The notes: generated by a model from the letters alone, not told the origin. Positions 7,726-17,492 are shown, counted from the first letter of the stretch. The stretch is 38,898 bases of DNA from a virus (IMGVR_UViG_3300032225_002052:1-38898), one strand, 5' to 3'. A program made the numbers and translations.

Positions 7726-8495
7726 ATTTCCCCTGAATGTGCTGCGTCAACTAAAGTCTCTGCAAAAGCGTCGTAAGCAATCGCCCGAAGCCTCCACAAA
7801 GATTCAGTCGCAAACACCTCTTGCGCCTCTCCAGACCGTCCCCGGCGATGAAACCGAGAGTTCCCATCTCGACCCGTGTTTGCTTTCTCTGTTGCTTGGA
7901 TTTCCGAGAAAGTGGGTAGCTTTGCGGGCGCGTCCAGCCCCAAGAAACTCCACAAGTGATTCAAAAAACCAAACTCAAAATGAGTGTAGCGCAAACGAAT
8001 TACATTTTTAGTTTCATCAAACGGCCCCTCAAAAGCCACCCATTCCGCTGCCCAATCCCTGACAAGTTGAGTGTTCACAAGATCATTTAAGGCCGTCGCA
8101 TCATCCATTGTGTTGTACTTCTCAAACACAGGCTTCAAGTGATCGGGGAACTCACCCAGCTCCCGCTTTGCGTGCCAAAAGTAACGATAGTAGTGAAACC
8201 GTGAAACTACCACATCCTCAAAGTCCCGCGATATGGTCAGCACCTTTAACTCTGGCAACCTAGCGCACAGCCGGGGGAAATCCTTGGTGCCAATGTCGTG
8301 CGTTTTATAGATGGCAGACCCGGTTTCCTCAATGCGCTGGGCGACTCGTTCAATGGCGTTGTCTGGGGTCGGATCAAACAAGGAAAAGCCACAAGCCGTG
8401 GCATCCAAATACGGCTCGGGAAGCTTAGTGACGCAATGCAAGATGCGCTGCAAATACGAAGACGCAACGCGCTGAGTAGTGGTGATGAGGTACAT
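7716..8495 (-). CDS. sulfotransferase-family protein
   Basis: 5'-PSB-like loop TQRVASSY, KTH, 3'-PB RDFEDVVVS, LRY, C-terminal RRGRSG. Confidence 0.8.
   Translation of the reverse strand: MYLITTTQRVASSYLQRILHCVTKLPEPYLDATACGFSLFDPTPDNAIERVAQRIEETGSAIYKTHDIGTKDFPRLCARLPELKVLTISRDFEDVVVSRFHYYRYFWHAKRELGEFPDHLKPVFEKYNTMDDATALNDLVNTQLVRDWAAEWVAFEGPFDETKNVIRLRYTHFEFGFLNHLWSFLGLDAPAKLPTFSEIQATEKANTGRDGNSRFHRRGRSGEAQEVFATESLWRLRAIAYDAFAETLVDAAHSGEIAG
7745..7751 (-). promoter_or_regulatory. GTTGAC late element upstream of tRNA
   Basis: GTTGACG 19 nt upstream of tRNA base 1 (7725). Confidence 0.65.
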
Positions 8496-8496
8496 A

Positions 8497-9171
8497 TCAA
8501 ATTTCAGTAGTAAAGTTTTTCTTTATAGCTGCGATCCCAGCTTCCATTTCGCCGAAATTGCACACTGCAAATTTTTGCAGTAGTTCCGTTTTCTTTCCGA
8601 CGTTGTGCAGCACAAAACGGTTGGCGGGGTCAGACAACACATGATGAGCAAAAAATCCTTTGGAAAACTTGCCTGTTTCGTACCGGCTCAACAAACGACG
8701 ATTGTACACAGACTGCTCAAACAAGTGATGCGATGCCCACTCCTCGATTGCCCACCACTCCTTGAGCAATTTCTGGTTTTCTTTGTCGTTTCTGAGGATG
8801 AAAAACCCACAGTTGCAATTTACCTCACTCGCGGGAATGTCTGACGCAAAAATGCGGCTATGCCGCTCTAACCCCTCCTCTTCAACATAGGCTTTGATTG
8901 GCTTTTGCCCAATAAAGATAGCGTCCGAATCAATCCAAGCCACTGCATCAAATTGCTTTGATAAACTAGCAGTGGCTTTCAATTTGTACCATGACGGGTG
9001 CCGACATTCGCCTTTTGGAGAATGAATTTGTGTTTTGTAATGAAAATACTGAAACCCGTACCCGTGAGTTTTTGCATACGAGTAATTATTAAAAACCGCA
9101 ACATTCCAAAATTTACTTAAATCCAAAGATATTGGGCGCGTATCACCCATGATGACGCACAAACTATCCAT
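8497..9171 (-). CDS. glycosyltransferase, GT34 (GMA12/MNN10)-like
   Basis: YAKTHGY, RHPSWYKL, WIDSDAIF (DxD), NCGFFILRN, FEQS. Confidence 0.82.
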   Translation of the reverse strand: MDSLCVIMGDTRPISLDLSKFWNVAVFNNYSYAKTHGYGFQYFHYKTQIHSPKGECRHPSWYKLKATASLSKQFDAVAWIDSDAIFIGQKPIKAYVEEEGLERHSRIFASDIPASEVNCNCGFFILRNDKENQKLLKEWWAIEEWASHHLFEQSVYNRRLLSRYETGKFSKGFFAHHVLSDPANRFVLHNVGKKTELLQKFAVCNFGEMEAGIAAIKKNFTTEI

Positions 9172-9976
9172 GAGTTTTATGAAATGATTGAGTTAGATCA
9201 ACGCCCATAATTTTGCGCAATAATTCTAAACGCTGCTGTCTTAACTCCAAATTCAACTCCCAGCGGCGATAATCCAACTTTGCATTATTGAAGGGAGTTT
9301 CAAATTCCCTCAATCCCCCGCGCATCAATTCTTCACCCCACTTTAACAGTAAATACTTTCGATTCAAATCACCACACTCAGCAATAAATTGCCGCAGCGC
9401 AGAATCAGCCATTTTCAAAGTACAACTTGCTTTTTTCCCACCAGCTTCATCTCCGTGCAAAACACGCAATCCCATGTTGGGGATGTTTTTGGTTACAAAC
9501 CGCCCCAACTTCCACCGCTGCCCCATCTCGGAATCCTCATTGTACGCTGGATAAATGTTCTCGTCGTAATAACCAGCTTTCTGAATAAAGTCAGGTTGAA
9601 CAATAAAACAAGAAGCAGCGTGCATACAACCCAACGTCACCCCCTCAGTGTCCACCATCCACCTCCACGCTTCCTCAATAACGGCGGCTCCGAACTGAAT
9701 ATCAAAATTACAAATCAAAACCCGATCTTGAAAGTGATCTAAAATTTTATTCCACGACCCAGCCACACCAAGGTTCCCATCAACCTTATCTACCACAACC
9801 TGCACCAAAGGATTCAACCCGGATTCAATTTGATTTATCGCCGCCTCAACAGACTCATCCAATGTTCCAATACGATTTGCCACCACATACAAATTCACAG
9901 GCACATCAATCGACTCAACAAGCCTGAGTAAATACTGCCCGCCATTTAAGACAGGAACACCCATGTTTATTTTCAT
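9164..9976 (-). CDS. glycosyltransferase, GT2-like (GT-A fold)
   Basis: GVPVLN, NLGVAGSWN, GYYDENIYPAYNED. Confidence 0.8.
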   Translation of the reverse strand: MKINMGVPVLNGGQYLLRLVESIDVPVNLYVVANRIGTLDESVEAAINQIESGLNPLVQVVVDKVDGNLGVAGSWNKILDHFQDRVLICNFDIQFGAAVIEEAWRWMVDTEGVTLGCMHAASCFIVQPDFIQKAGYYDENIYPAYNEDSEMGQRWKLGRFVTKNIPNMGLRVLHGDEAGGKKASCTLKMADSALRQFIAECGDLNRKYLLLKWGEELMRGGLREFETPFNNAKLDYRRWELNLELRQQRLELLRKIMGVDLTQSFHKTHG

Positions 9977-11010
9977 TTCAATACCTCTCGAATCTTCTCT
10001 TTGACAACCGGCGTGGCACAGTACCGCCCCACATCTGCCAACGCTTGCCCCATCATTCCATACACTCGCGCCGACTCACAGCGCATCTGCTCCCGAAACA
10101 CCCAGAGAGCCATAGTCGCCGCTTCCTCATCAGGAAACGCCCACACAGAGCGTTCTGGGTAAGGCGGGTGCGGCATTTCGGGCAGCACCACCGGCTCCTT
10201 CTTAAATGGAATTAGCAGAGCATTTGCATTGGTGCAGAAGTCAGTCGTCCCCGAGTAATCCGTTACCATCACCGGCAACCCCGTCACCATAGCCTCGGCA
10301 ATATGCATCCCAAACCCCTCCGAGCGGTGCAGGGACAGCAGGACATGGCTTTTTGCCATCAACCTCAGCAAATCGGCGTGTTCTTGATTGCCAATGCAAA
10401 ACTCGACCCGAGTATCACCCGCAATGGTGCGCTCCAATTCCGCTTTTTGTTCATCCGACAAATGAGTGGCCTTGAGAATCAACTTCGCGTCGGAATCCGT
10501 GAACGCCTTCTGAAATACTCGGACAACCGCCGCCGGGTTTTTGCGCAAAATCAGCGACCACCCATCAAACGCGCACAACACCACAAAAGGACTGGGCTTT
10601 GGACGGGCGCGATACGGCCATTGTTCCAAGTCCAAAGGATGCGGAATATGCCGCACAGGACACTGCAATTTCGCTCGCAACGCCGACGCAAACCACAGGG
10701 AAGCCGTCCACACCTCGCGCATACACTCAGACAAGCGCACCCAAGACTCCCAAATCTCTTCCACTTCAGAAATCCAAAATCCAATCGCGGGCGGGCCTGA
10801 CACCATTTTCGGCCAATGCTCCTTCCAAACCTGCGGCGGGTTGGAGTGCCAGTACACCAAATCCAATCCCGGCTCTTTGGGCTTATTGAGGAATGTCGCT
10901 TCTGGAAAATAAGTCAGGTCGTGACCAAGCGATTCCACCAGCTTCAAATTCCGCTCGGCGGCATACGCCAGTCCCGTGTTGTTCTTGTGAGTAAAACAAC
11001 CAATTTTCAT
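9973..11010 (-). CDS. glycosyltransferase, GT4 (GT-B fold)
   Basis: RKNP, LSLHRSEGFGMHIAEAMVTGLPVMVTDYSGTTDF (Ex7E); start at 11010 by ATGA coupling. Confidence 0.92.
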   Translation of the reverse strand: MKIGCFTHKNNTGLAYAAERNLKLVESLGHDLTYFPEATFLNKPKEPGLDLVYWHSNPPQVWKEHWPKMVSGPPAIGFWISEVEEIWESWVRLSECMREVWTASLWFASALRAKLQCPVRHIPHPLDLEQWPYRARPKPSPFVVLCAFDGWSLILRKNPAAVVRVFQKAFTDSDAKLILKATHLSDEQKAELERTIAGDTRVEFCIGNQEHADLLRLMAKSHVLLSLHRSEGFGMHIAEAMVTGLPVMVTDYSGTTDFCTNANALLIPFKKEPVVLPEMPHPPYPERSVWAFPDEEAATMALWVFREQMRCESARVYGMMGQALADVGRYCATPVVKEKIREVLK

Positions 11011-11453
11011 ACGCGCCCCCATTTGCCCAATGGACATTCTGCCGTTGCGAGCCGCTGTTTAGCCCCCGAGCATCCACACACTAGGCATTTGCCGGTTCCA
11101 CCCCATCCGTTGGCATCCCATTGTTCGCAGGCTTTGCACAGCGCAAAGCGTCGATCCACAACTGAGTCAGAAGCAATCCTGCCCCCATCACGCACCCAAT
11201 CCACCATTGTCGAATTAAAGCTTTTGGCTTTAGTGATAAATGAGGCGTTTTGGCCTGTTTTTTGTAGAAATTCGTCATAAATTTGAAGCGCAAGCTTTTG
11301 GATGGCACTGTCCCGCTCAACCTTATCCACCCAATAAGCAAAAAGACGCATTGGCCCAATCCGAGCGAAGCCCCGAGCCAACCACGCCTCCTTAAAGCGC
11401 GGGCGAGTGCGCAACGTCAGCGCGTACATAATATGAGCGATCCAGACGTTCAT
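11007..11453 (-). CDS. Cys-rich hypothetical protein (C-terminal CxxC...CxxCGC...CPLGKW)
   Basis: RRFALCKACEQW...KCLVCGC...ECPLGKW; start at 11453 by ATGA coupling. Confidence 0.75.
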   Translation of the reverse strand: MNVWIAHIMYALTLRTRPRFKEAWLARGFARIGPMRLFAYWVDKVERDSAIQKLALQIYDEFLQKTGQNASFITKAKSFNSTMVDWVRDGGRIASDSVVDRRFALCKACEQWDANGWGGTGKCLVCGCSGAKQRLATAECPLGKWGRV

Positions 11454-11632
11454 ATCCCCCGACGTTCCCACCGCACGATTGCTTGAACCGCTTTCTTTAT
11501 GTCGCCGTTTTGAGGCGCAACAATCTCCATGTTTGCCCACTCCCCCACCGTCCTGCGCTCAGTAAAAGTGACTAGCGCGTCGTAGAGTTCTTGGGCGTGT
11601 GCTTCAAGTTGTTCACGGGACAGTTCAGGCAT
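11450..11632 (-). CDS. hypothetical protein
   Basis: ATG at 11632 coupled to the upstream stop and preceded by GTTGACG-N14. Confidence 0.65.
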   Translation of the reverse strand: MPELSREQLEAHAQELYDALVTFTERRTVGEWANMEIVAPQNGDIKKAVQAIVRWERRGI

Positions 11633-12495
11633 CACTCATGGGCTTCCGTCAACTCGTACTGCGCCTTCCTTTTGTCGAGGCTCAAACGAATCCACAGCCC
11701 GCCACGAGGCTTTGGAGGCCCACCTCGCTCAATGTGCCACCCTCCAATCCCATCGGCGTAGTCATTCTTGTAACCCGCCGAACGCACATGAATTTGACGG
11801 CATTGCTCCACACCAAAATTCTGATTAAGACGCACCCTCTGAATGGGCACCATCCAATGATCGTGCGTGTGTCCCGTCCACACAATGTCGGCATCGGCCA
11901 GATAAACCGCCATACGATTGGTCTGAATCACACCCCGCGTCACCGGCCCCCCACCGCCAAATCCGTGATGGTAGTGCAATAAAATGGAATTTCGCCTTTT
12001 CCCACCGCCATCCAAAATCTGCAACCGCACGTACCCCGAATAGCCACCCATTTTTGCCACGCCTTTTTTGTCGCGCAACCTTTCAACCAACGCTTGCACC
12101 AGATTGGTTTCGTGTCGCTTTAGAATTGCCGTCTCGTGGTTGCCGGGATTCACCAAGGCGATTTGATTTTTGTACGGCTCCAGAGCCTTGGCGCAATCCC
12201 GCACAATCGCATCCAAATAGTCTCCCACAACGTGCTCGGGCCGAATCTCGTACTTAGTCGAACGCGGATCGAACTTTCCCTGCATGGCGCAAAACAAATC
12301 GCCGCCAAACAGAACGGCGGCGTTGCGTTTCTTTGCCAATTCTAAGTGTTTAGTGAACAGTTCCCTGTCGCACTTTGGGTTGTCCCAGTGAACATCGGAC
12401 GCCAATAAAATCCACTGTTCATCTTGAACACGCGGTAAATTTATTTGAATGGTATGGACATTCCGCTGATGCTCAACAATTTGCCACTTGTTCAT
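11632..12495 (-). CDS. calcineurin-like metallophosphoesterase
   Basis: SDVH, GGD, GNHE, HHG, GHTH metal-binding motifs. Confidence 0.92.
   Translation of the reverse strand: MNKWQIVEHQRNVHTIQINLPRVQDEQWILLASDVHWDNPKCDRELFTKHLELAKKRNAAVLFGGDLFCAMQGKFDPRSTKYEIRPEHVVGDYLDAIVRDCAKALEPYKNQIALVNPGNHETAILKRHETNLVQALVERLRDKKGVAKMGGYSGYVRLQILDGGGKRRNSILLHYHHGFGGGGPVTRGVIQTNRMAVYLADADIVWTGHTHDHWMVPIQRVRLNQNFGVEQCRQIHVRSAGYKNDYADGIGGWHIERGGPPKPRGGLWIRLSLDKRKAQYELTEAHE
11647..11653 (-). promoter_or_regulatory. GTTGAC late element (GTTGACG-N14-ATG)
   Basis: 14 nt upstream of ATG 11632. Confidence 0.6.
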
Positions 12496-12511
12496 TTACA
12501 GCAGCAAGGCT

Positions 12512-12518
12512 TGTCAAC
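12512..12518 (-). promoter_or_regulatory. GTTGACA late element (N16-ATG)
   Basis: Intergenic, upstream of ATG 12495. Confidence 0.75.
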
Positions 12519-12519
12519 C

Positions 12520-13158
12520 TTAGCCGATAAACACACTCGATCCGTTAGGCCCAACACTCGCCATACTCGCACTTAACGTCCCATTGGGATTCACTCCCGC
12601 ACACTGCGAAACAGGCCCAACAGTCAATGCGGGCAACTGCAAAGCTCCTCCCACCACATAAGGCACCGCACTTTTGCGCCACAGCGTAAAGTTCTCACGC
12701 CAAAAGAACTGAGTCAAATACGGGCCGTAGTATTTAAACTGACACCCGCCACCCACCCAGACATCCCACGTAACCGCTGGGAGTTTAATAATTTGCCGGG
12801 TGGATAAGTAAAAGAACGGCCCGGTTGCGGAAGGATCGTTGGTCGCAAATCCCATCCACTTTTCCACAATGTATTTTACAGGAACATTCGTGGGAGCAAT
12901 CGCTGGAGTTCCTACGGCAGTCTCCGGGTATTTTACAACGGGAGGAAACGAAAACGCCGCTGGAGTCGTGTTGTCTGCCGCCTGAATTGTCCAGTCCCCC
13001 GCGAGCAAATCTTGAGCGGTTACATCTCCGTTTTGCGCGACCCGAAAACTTCCATCAGTGCCGTAAATCCACCACACATTATTTTTACGCACTAGCCAAT
13101 TTGTCCACGCAGACCGCCTGATTTGCAGTCCTAATTTTTTCACCTCGGCCCAGTTCAT
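12520..13158 (-). CDS. protein with N-terminal DUF2829/Tad2-like domain and unknown C-terminal domain
   Basis: MNWAEV...IRRSAW...QDLLAGDW matches the DUF2829 pattern; Pro/Thr/Ala linker follows. Confidence 0.6.
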   Translation of the reverse strand: MNWAEVKKLGLQIRRSAWTNWLVRKNNVWWIYGTDGSFRVAQNGDVTAQDLLAGDWTIQAADNTTPAAFSFPPVVKYPETAVGTPAIAPTNVPVKYIVEKWMGFATNDPSATGPFFYLSTRQIIKLPAVTWDVWVGGGCQFKYYGPYLTQFFWRENFTLWRKSAVPYVVGGALQLPALTVGPVSQCAGVNPNGTLSASMASVGPNGSSVFIG

Positions 13159-13161
13159 AAA

Positions 13162-13872
13162 TTAAAAAAGTCGAAGCCGCTGTTCAATTTGTGTCAAAAA
13201 CGTCTGCGAAGTATGCCGCATAGAGCGCGTAGACAACCCCCAATCCGTTGCCTCCAGCCATTCAATTTCGCAAATCGCGGGGATCACCGCCGCTCGTCCC
13301 CCAATTCCATAGTCCGACAACGCCAGCGTCAACGCGCTGGAATTTAACGCCAACGCGACCAGATAAACACCAGGCTGATTCGGATCAAGCAGCGCATACC
13401 CAGAACTCTGCGCAATAATTTCACCCATCTCATCCGCTTTTACCCACACGGACAGCGCAGAGATCGCCGGTTGTGCAGGGATTTTCTTTTTCAAAAACCG
13501 CACACACAAGAACAAGTCATCTCCTTCTTTTGCCCACACGGGAAGCTGCCCCGTCACGGCCCCAGAACTCACATCCACCGAGATTTCCACAATCGGTGAT
13601 AACGCACCCTCCACCGCCTCGATCCGAAACGGCACAGTCAGTCGCGCCACCTCACTCGCCGCGTTTTGCGCCACAATTTCCACCGCATACACTCCGTCCC
13701 GAGTGGGAATGCCCGAAATTAACCCCGTCACCACATCACACTGCATCCCCATTGGCAAATTAGTTGCCGACCACAGCACCACCGGCTGATTAGCACACGG
13801 CTGGTACGCATAGGCGTGCCACTGCCTCGCCTCTAGGACGCTGGTAAAAGACAAGAGGGCAAAATTGCTCAT
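13162..13872 (-). CDS. putative Ig (He_PIG-like) domain tail-associated protein
   Basis: WSATNLPMGM..D..TGLISGIPT..GVY; paralogous to the C-terminus of the upstream ORF. Confidence 0.75.
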   Translation of the reverse strand: MSNFALLSFTSVLEARQWHAYAYQPCANQPVVLWSATNLPMGMQCDVVTGLISGIPTRDGVYAVEIVAQNAASEVARLTVPFRIEAVEGALSPIVEISVDVSSGAVTGQLPVWAKEGDDLFLCVRFLKKKIPAQPAISALSVWVKADEMGEIIAQSSGYALLDPNQPGVYLVALALNSSALTLALSDYGIGGRAAVIPAICEIEWLEATDWGLSTRSMRHTSQTFLTQIEQRLRLF

Positions 13873-13873
13873 G

Positions 13874-16732
13874 TTACAGTTGTCCCAAATCGCGAGTCAC
13901 AGAAATCGGGAAAATTCTGGACGAATTTGTGTACGTTCTTGGCCCGACCCCACTCCACGGTGAGACAACTCGCCATGACAACTCAGCCACCGCCTGAAAC
14001 TCCGTGCGAACCGGCCCTTCGTAGTTCGTGAAAAGCGCGTCAATCGCAGAAGAATCAGGGGAAAACCTCAATACAAAGAAATCCCCCGAAGCATCATTCT
14101 GCCGAGAAAAGTCTGAACTCACCACCAAAGGCGCGGATTCAGCGTCTTCCTTAATAATCAAAACCAGAGAAGTGACCTCTAAATCCACCGTCAGCCCGCG
14201 TTTCAGGAAACGCACAAACAACAAGACATCGTCCTTGCCCTTCACCGAAAACACTACCCCGACAGGCGCAGGTTGCCCCAAAAGCTGCACAGTCTTTGTT
14301 TCAACATCCACCGCCAAGTCAATCCCGGTGGAAATTCCCGCCGTAGCCTCTGCAATTTCTATGGTCAGGTAATTAGTGTCTGTCCCGTAGGTATTGATGG
14401 CGGTAATGCCGACCACCCACACTCCAGTGAGCGTTGCCGTGCCAGAAATTCGACCCAATTCTTTGTCGAACTCCAACCCATCAGGCAACGCCGTACAGTT
14501 CCAATCCTCGACAGTGGAGTTGGAAAACACAGGAATCGTCACAACCTCACCTTTATCAAACCCCAGAGCAGTCGCAGACAACAAAACGGACGGAGGGATG
14601 TGCGGTGCAACGTCATCCAATGTAACCGTGGCCGAATTAACCGTGCCGCTGTGGTTGGATAGCTTGACGTAGTAATCACCAAAATCCACACCCGCAACCT
14701 TGGCAATTACGCAAGTGGAGGCGGTTGCTTCCGCTATAGCAACGCCGCCTCGATACCATTGGTAATCATCGACGTTCGACGCAACAACCGACAGCGTGAA
14801 GCTGGAACCGACCTTCACTTTACCCGCAACTGGTTGCCTAGTAATTGCAATGGGCAATGTTTGGTAAAACCTCAGTACCGCAGAGGCAGAGGTGACACTG
14901 GTGCCGGGATTAGAAATCACCACCGAGTACCGGCCTAAATCCGATTGAGCAACAACGGGAATCGTATAAGTTGCGCTGGTGGCTCCCGAAATTGCTACTC
15001 CGTTCTTTGTCCACTGATACGTCGTGGCGTTGGTTGCCGCTACTGTAAAAGAAGCTCGCGCTCCAGACGCAATACTTAATGCTTGAGGTTGAGCCGTGAT
15101 GCTAATTGGCAAAACAACCAGAGACAAAGACGCTTCGTTAGAAACCAAATCTCCATTGGGATTTGAAATAACCACAGAATAGACCCCCGCATCTGTCACG
15201 CTCGCAGAAGCTATGCTATATGTCGCATTCGTAGCTCCAATAATAGGGATTCCATTTTTTTCCCATTGATAAGCATAAGCATTTTTAGCCACAACTGACA
15301 TCGCAGTGGCCGTGCCTTTACCAACTGAAATTGACTGGGGTTGCGTTGTAATGCTTGCTGGATTAACGGTTATTACAGCAACATCCGAGTCTACATACGT
15401 TCCATCATAAGGATGATAACCCCTAATAAACCATTCTCCTAAATCATCCTTTGTAATTGAACCAAAATTCAATTGAGTGTACCGATCAGATATTATTGCG
15501 TAATCGCGAACACTCTTTCCATTATGAAACCATTCCCAGGTCGGCCCTTGGGCGTGAAACTGAAGGTTTTTAATTCGCGCAAATAGATAAAGAGAACTTC
15601 CTAAATCAACAACGGCAGACGCAGGGGATGTTATTACTTCTACTGGATTGATTAGAACATAAACTTCGTTTGAAATTATAGTTTCATTTTCAGAAGAAAC
15701 CAAACAACTAAATTTATTTAAAGGCCCAAAAGTGAAGGGCGCGTGTTGATGGCCCGGTGCCGACAGCCATTTGACCGCAAACTGAGAAGATTTAATACCA
15801 GAAAATATAACGTTATCAGGAAGCGGAATACCATTTGATTGCCATACGTAAGCTGTTGCATTTTGAGCAACAACAGAAAACGAACATAGCGGAGACTGGC
15901 CTGCAACTAAAATACCACCAGTACCAAGAATATCAACGTAAACCGACTGAGGCTGAGTGATTATTTTTAGGACGGCGATTGTTAAAACCGCTTCATCAGA
16001 AATTAAATTTCTTTCAGGATTTGAAATTACCACTTTATACACCCCTGCATCTGCCACCGTTACAGAATCTATGCTATACGTTGAGCTTGTGGCACCAGTA
16101 ATGTTTACTCCATTTTTCTGCCATTGATAGCCCGTCGCGCCTGTAGCCGCGACACTAAAGGTAGCTGGAGTCAAAGCCGAAACCGCTACAGGTTGCGGTT
16201 GCGCAGTGATAGTAATCAGCGGATCGACCGTTAAAGCAGCACCTTTTGAATAAATTTCACCGGCACACGATGATGCAATAACACTATACGTGCCTAAATC
16301 TGTTTCTGACCTTACCGCAAAACTATACTCCGCGCCTTCGCCACGGGGCTTTCCGTCCACAAGCCATTGAACAAAAATTGCACCAGTGACAGTAACGCGA
16401 AAAGTGGCAATCTCACCATACCTCACCATCACGGGTTGCGGATGCTCGGTAATAGCAAGCGGAACCAATGTTAAAGCAGCACCTTCAGACGTAACACTAC
16501 CGTCAAGATTAGATACAACGCACGAGTAAATACCTGGCTCGGGGGGGTTATGATGAGGAACGGGAACAGCAACGAACCCGTTATAAGTATCGTTAATTGC
16601 TCCCGGAATCACCACCCCGTCTTTTAACCACTGATAAGCGGTTGCATTTTCCGAGTGCGCCCAAAAACCCCAAGCACAACCATCAATAACGCCGACTGGC
16701 CTTGGCTGAAAGATAATGCTTGGCAAACTCAT
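13874..16732 (-). CDS. multi-immunoglobulin-domain virion protein (8 I-set-like repeats + He_PIG-like + C-terminal domain)
   Basis: Repeats of ITxQP....YQW.KNG..I.GAT..TY.I......DAG.Y.V.ISN; LPDGL.FD...GRISGT. Confidence 0.88.
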   Translation of the reverse strand: MSLPSIIFQPRPVGVIDGCAWGFWAHSENATAYQWLKDGVVIPGAINDTYNGFVAVPVPHHNPPEPGIYSCVVSNLDGSVTSEGAALTLVPLAITEHPQPVMVRYGEIATFRVTVTGAIFVQWLVDGKPRGEGAEYSFAVRSETDLGTYSVIASSCAGEIYSKGAALTVDPLITITAQPQPVAVSALTPATFSVAATGATGYQWQKNGVNITGATSSTYSIDSVTVADAGVYKVVISNPERNLISDEAVLTIAVLKIITQPQSVYVDILGTGGILVAGQSPLCSFSVVAQNATAYVWQSNGIPLPDNVIFSGIKSSQFAVKWLSAPGHQHAPFTFGPLNKFSCLVSSENETIISNEVYVLINPVEVITSPASAVVDLGSSLYLFARIKNLQFHAQGPTWEWFHNGKSVRDYAIISDRYTQLNFGSITKDDLGEWFIRGYHPYDGTYVDSDVAVITVNPASITTQPQSISVGKGTATAMSVVAKNAYAYQWEKNGIPIIGATNATYSIASASVTDAGVYSVVISNPNGDLVSNEASLSLVVLPISITAQPQALSIASGARASFTVAATNATTYQWTKNGVAISGATSATYTIPVVAQSDLGRYSVVISNPGTSVTSASAVLRFYQTLPIAITRQPVAGKVKVGSSFTLSVVASNVDDYQWYRGGVAIAEATASTCVIAKVAGVDFGDYYVKLSNHSGTVNSATVTLDDVAPHIPPSVLLSATALGFDKGEVVTIPVFSNSTVEDWNCTALPDGLEFDKELGRISGTATLTGVWVVGITAINTYGTDTNYLTIEIAEATAGISTGIDLAVDVETKTVQLLGQPAPVGVVFSVKGKDDVLLFVRFLKRGLTVDLEVTSLVLIIKEDAESAPLVVSSDFSRQNDASGDFFVLRFSPDSSAIDALFTNYEGPVRTEFQAVAELSWRVVSPWSGVGPRTYTNSSRIFPISVTRDLGQL

Positions 16733-17490
16733 TTGCTGATCTCCATTTTGCCATTCAGCATCTCATACGCCACGAAACCACTTGGCGAAGACACATTGTT
16801 TTCCGTGTCGAATTGCGCCAATTTTGCGCGAATCACAAACCCGTTAGCGGTTGGAGCCTGACACGCCGACATCGAGCCAAACGACAGCGACGAAGCCAAA
16901 AACCTCGCCGCGCCGTCCAGATTTTCAAGCCTCTGGATTTGCAGTCCCACCGAATGCTTTTGCGCCACCGAGCCAAACGTAATGGCGTGAGAAACCGAGG
17001 GGGAAAGCCAAGAAAACCCAGATAAGTTTGCTCCAATCGGAGCCGGGGTCGTATCGGAAGAACGCTGCCCAATTTGCAACACTACCACCCATTGCGCCAT
17101 CGTGTTGCTTGAAAACGAGCGCATCCCCAAGTCAAAGCTCAACCTCACCGTAGAAAGCTGCGGAACCATTTCCTCAGCCAAAAACACCGAGAAAAGCTCA
17201 CGAGTAAATTCCAACGGGTAATACGAATTAGTTCCGTCCAATTTCTCGACGGGATAGTACAGCCGCCCGTCACACGCAAAGTAATCTCCTGCCGCCACCG
17301 TGGCAGCGGGACGCCCAAGCGCAGCCGGTAACGTAATGTCACCAGTTGAAGCGTTACGAAACACCCGTCCTTTTTGATCCACCGCATTAGTCGGGGCCGT
17401 AGTCAGCACCGTCGCATTGTGAATAGCCGGTAGCAAACCCGATGTCACCGAGGGCAACGTGGGAATGTCCTGAAGAGATTTTATTAACAT
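16729..17490 (-). CDS. tail protein, paralog of the C-terminal domain of the upstream ORF
   Basis: GDYFACDGR / YY..EF...LFS / RAKL..FD shared with 17493..20042. Confidence 0.75.
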   Translation of the reverse strand: MLIKSLQDIPTLPSVTSGLLPAIHNATVLTTAPTNAVDQKGRVFRNASTGDITLPAALGRPAATVAAGDYFACDGRLYYPVEKLDGTNSYYPLEFTRELFSVFLAEEMVPQLSTVRLSFDLGMRSFSSNTMAQWVVVLQIGQRSSDTTPAPIGANLSGFSWLSPSVSHAITFGSVAQKHSVGLQIQRLENLDGAARFLASSLSFGSMSACQAPTANGFVIRAKLAQFDTENNVSSPSGFVAYEMLNGKMEISK

Positions 17491-17492
17491 AC

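Noticed and set aside
5106-13333. Additional GTTGAC copies at ~5106 and ~13327 followed by ATG at 16-17 nt
   Set aside because: These ATGs are out of frame inside genes (the 13327 one opens only 8 codons); treated as background. Other intragenic non-A variants (e.g. ~17574, ~22126, ~37016) were not linked to a gene start, so variant hexamers are less specific than GTTGACA.
13874-16732. Diversity-generating retroelement acting on the Ig protein
   Set aside because: No reverse transcriptase and no near-identical template/variable repeat pair; the Ig repeats are diverged at all base types.
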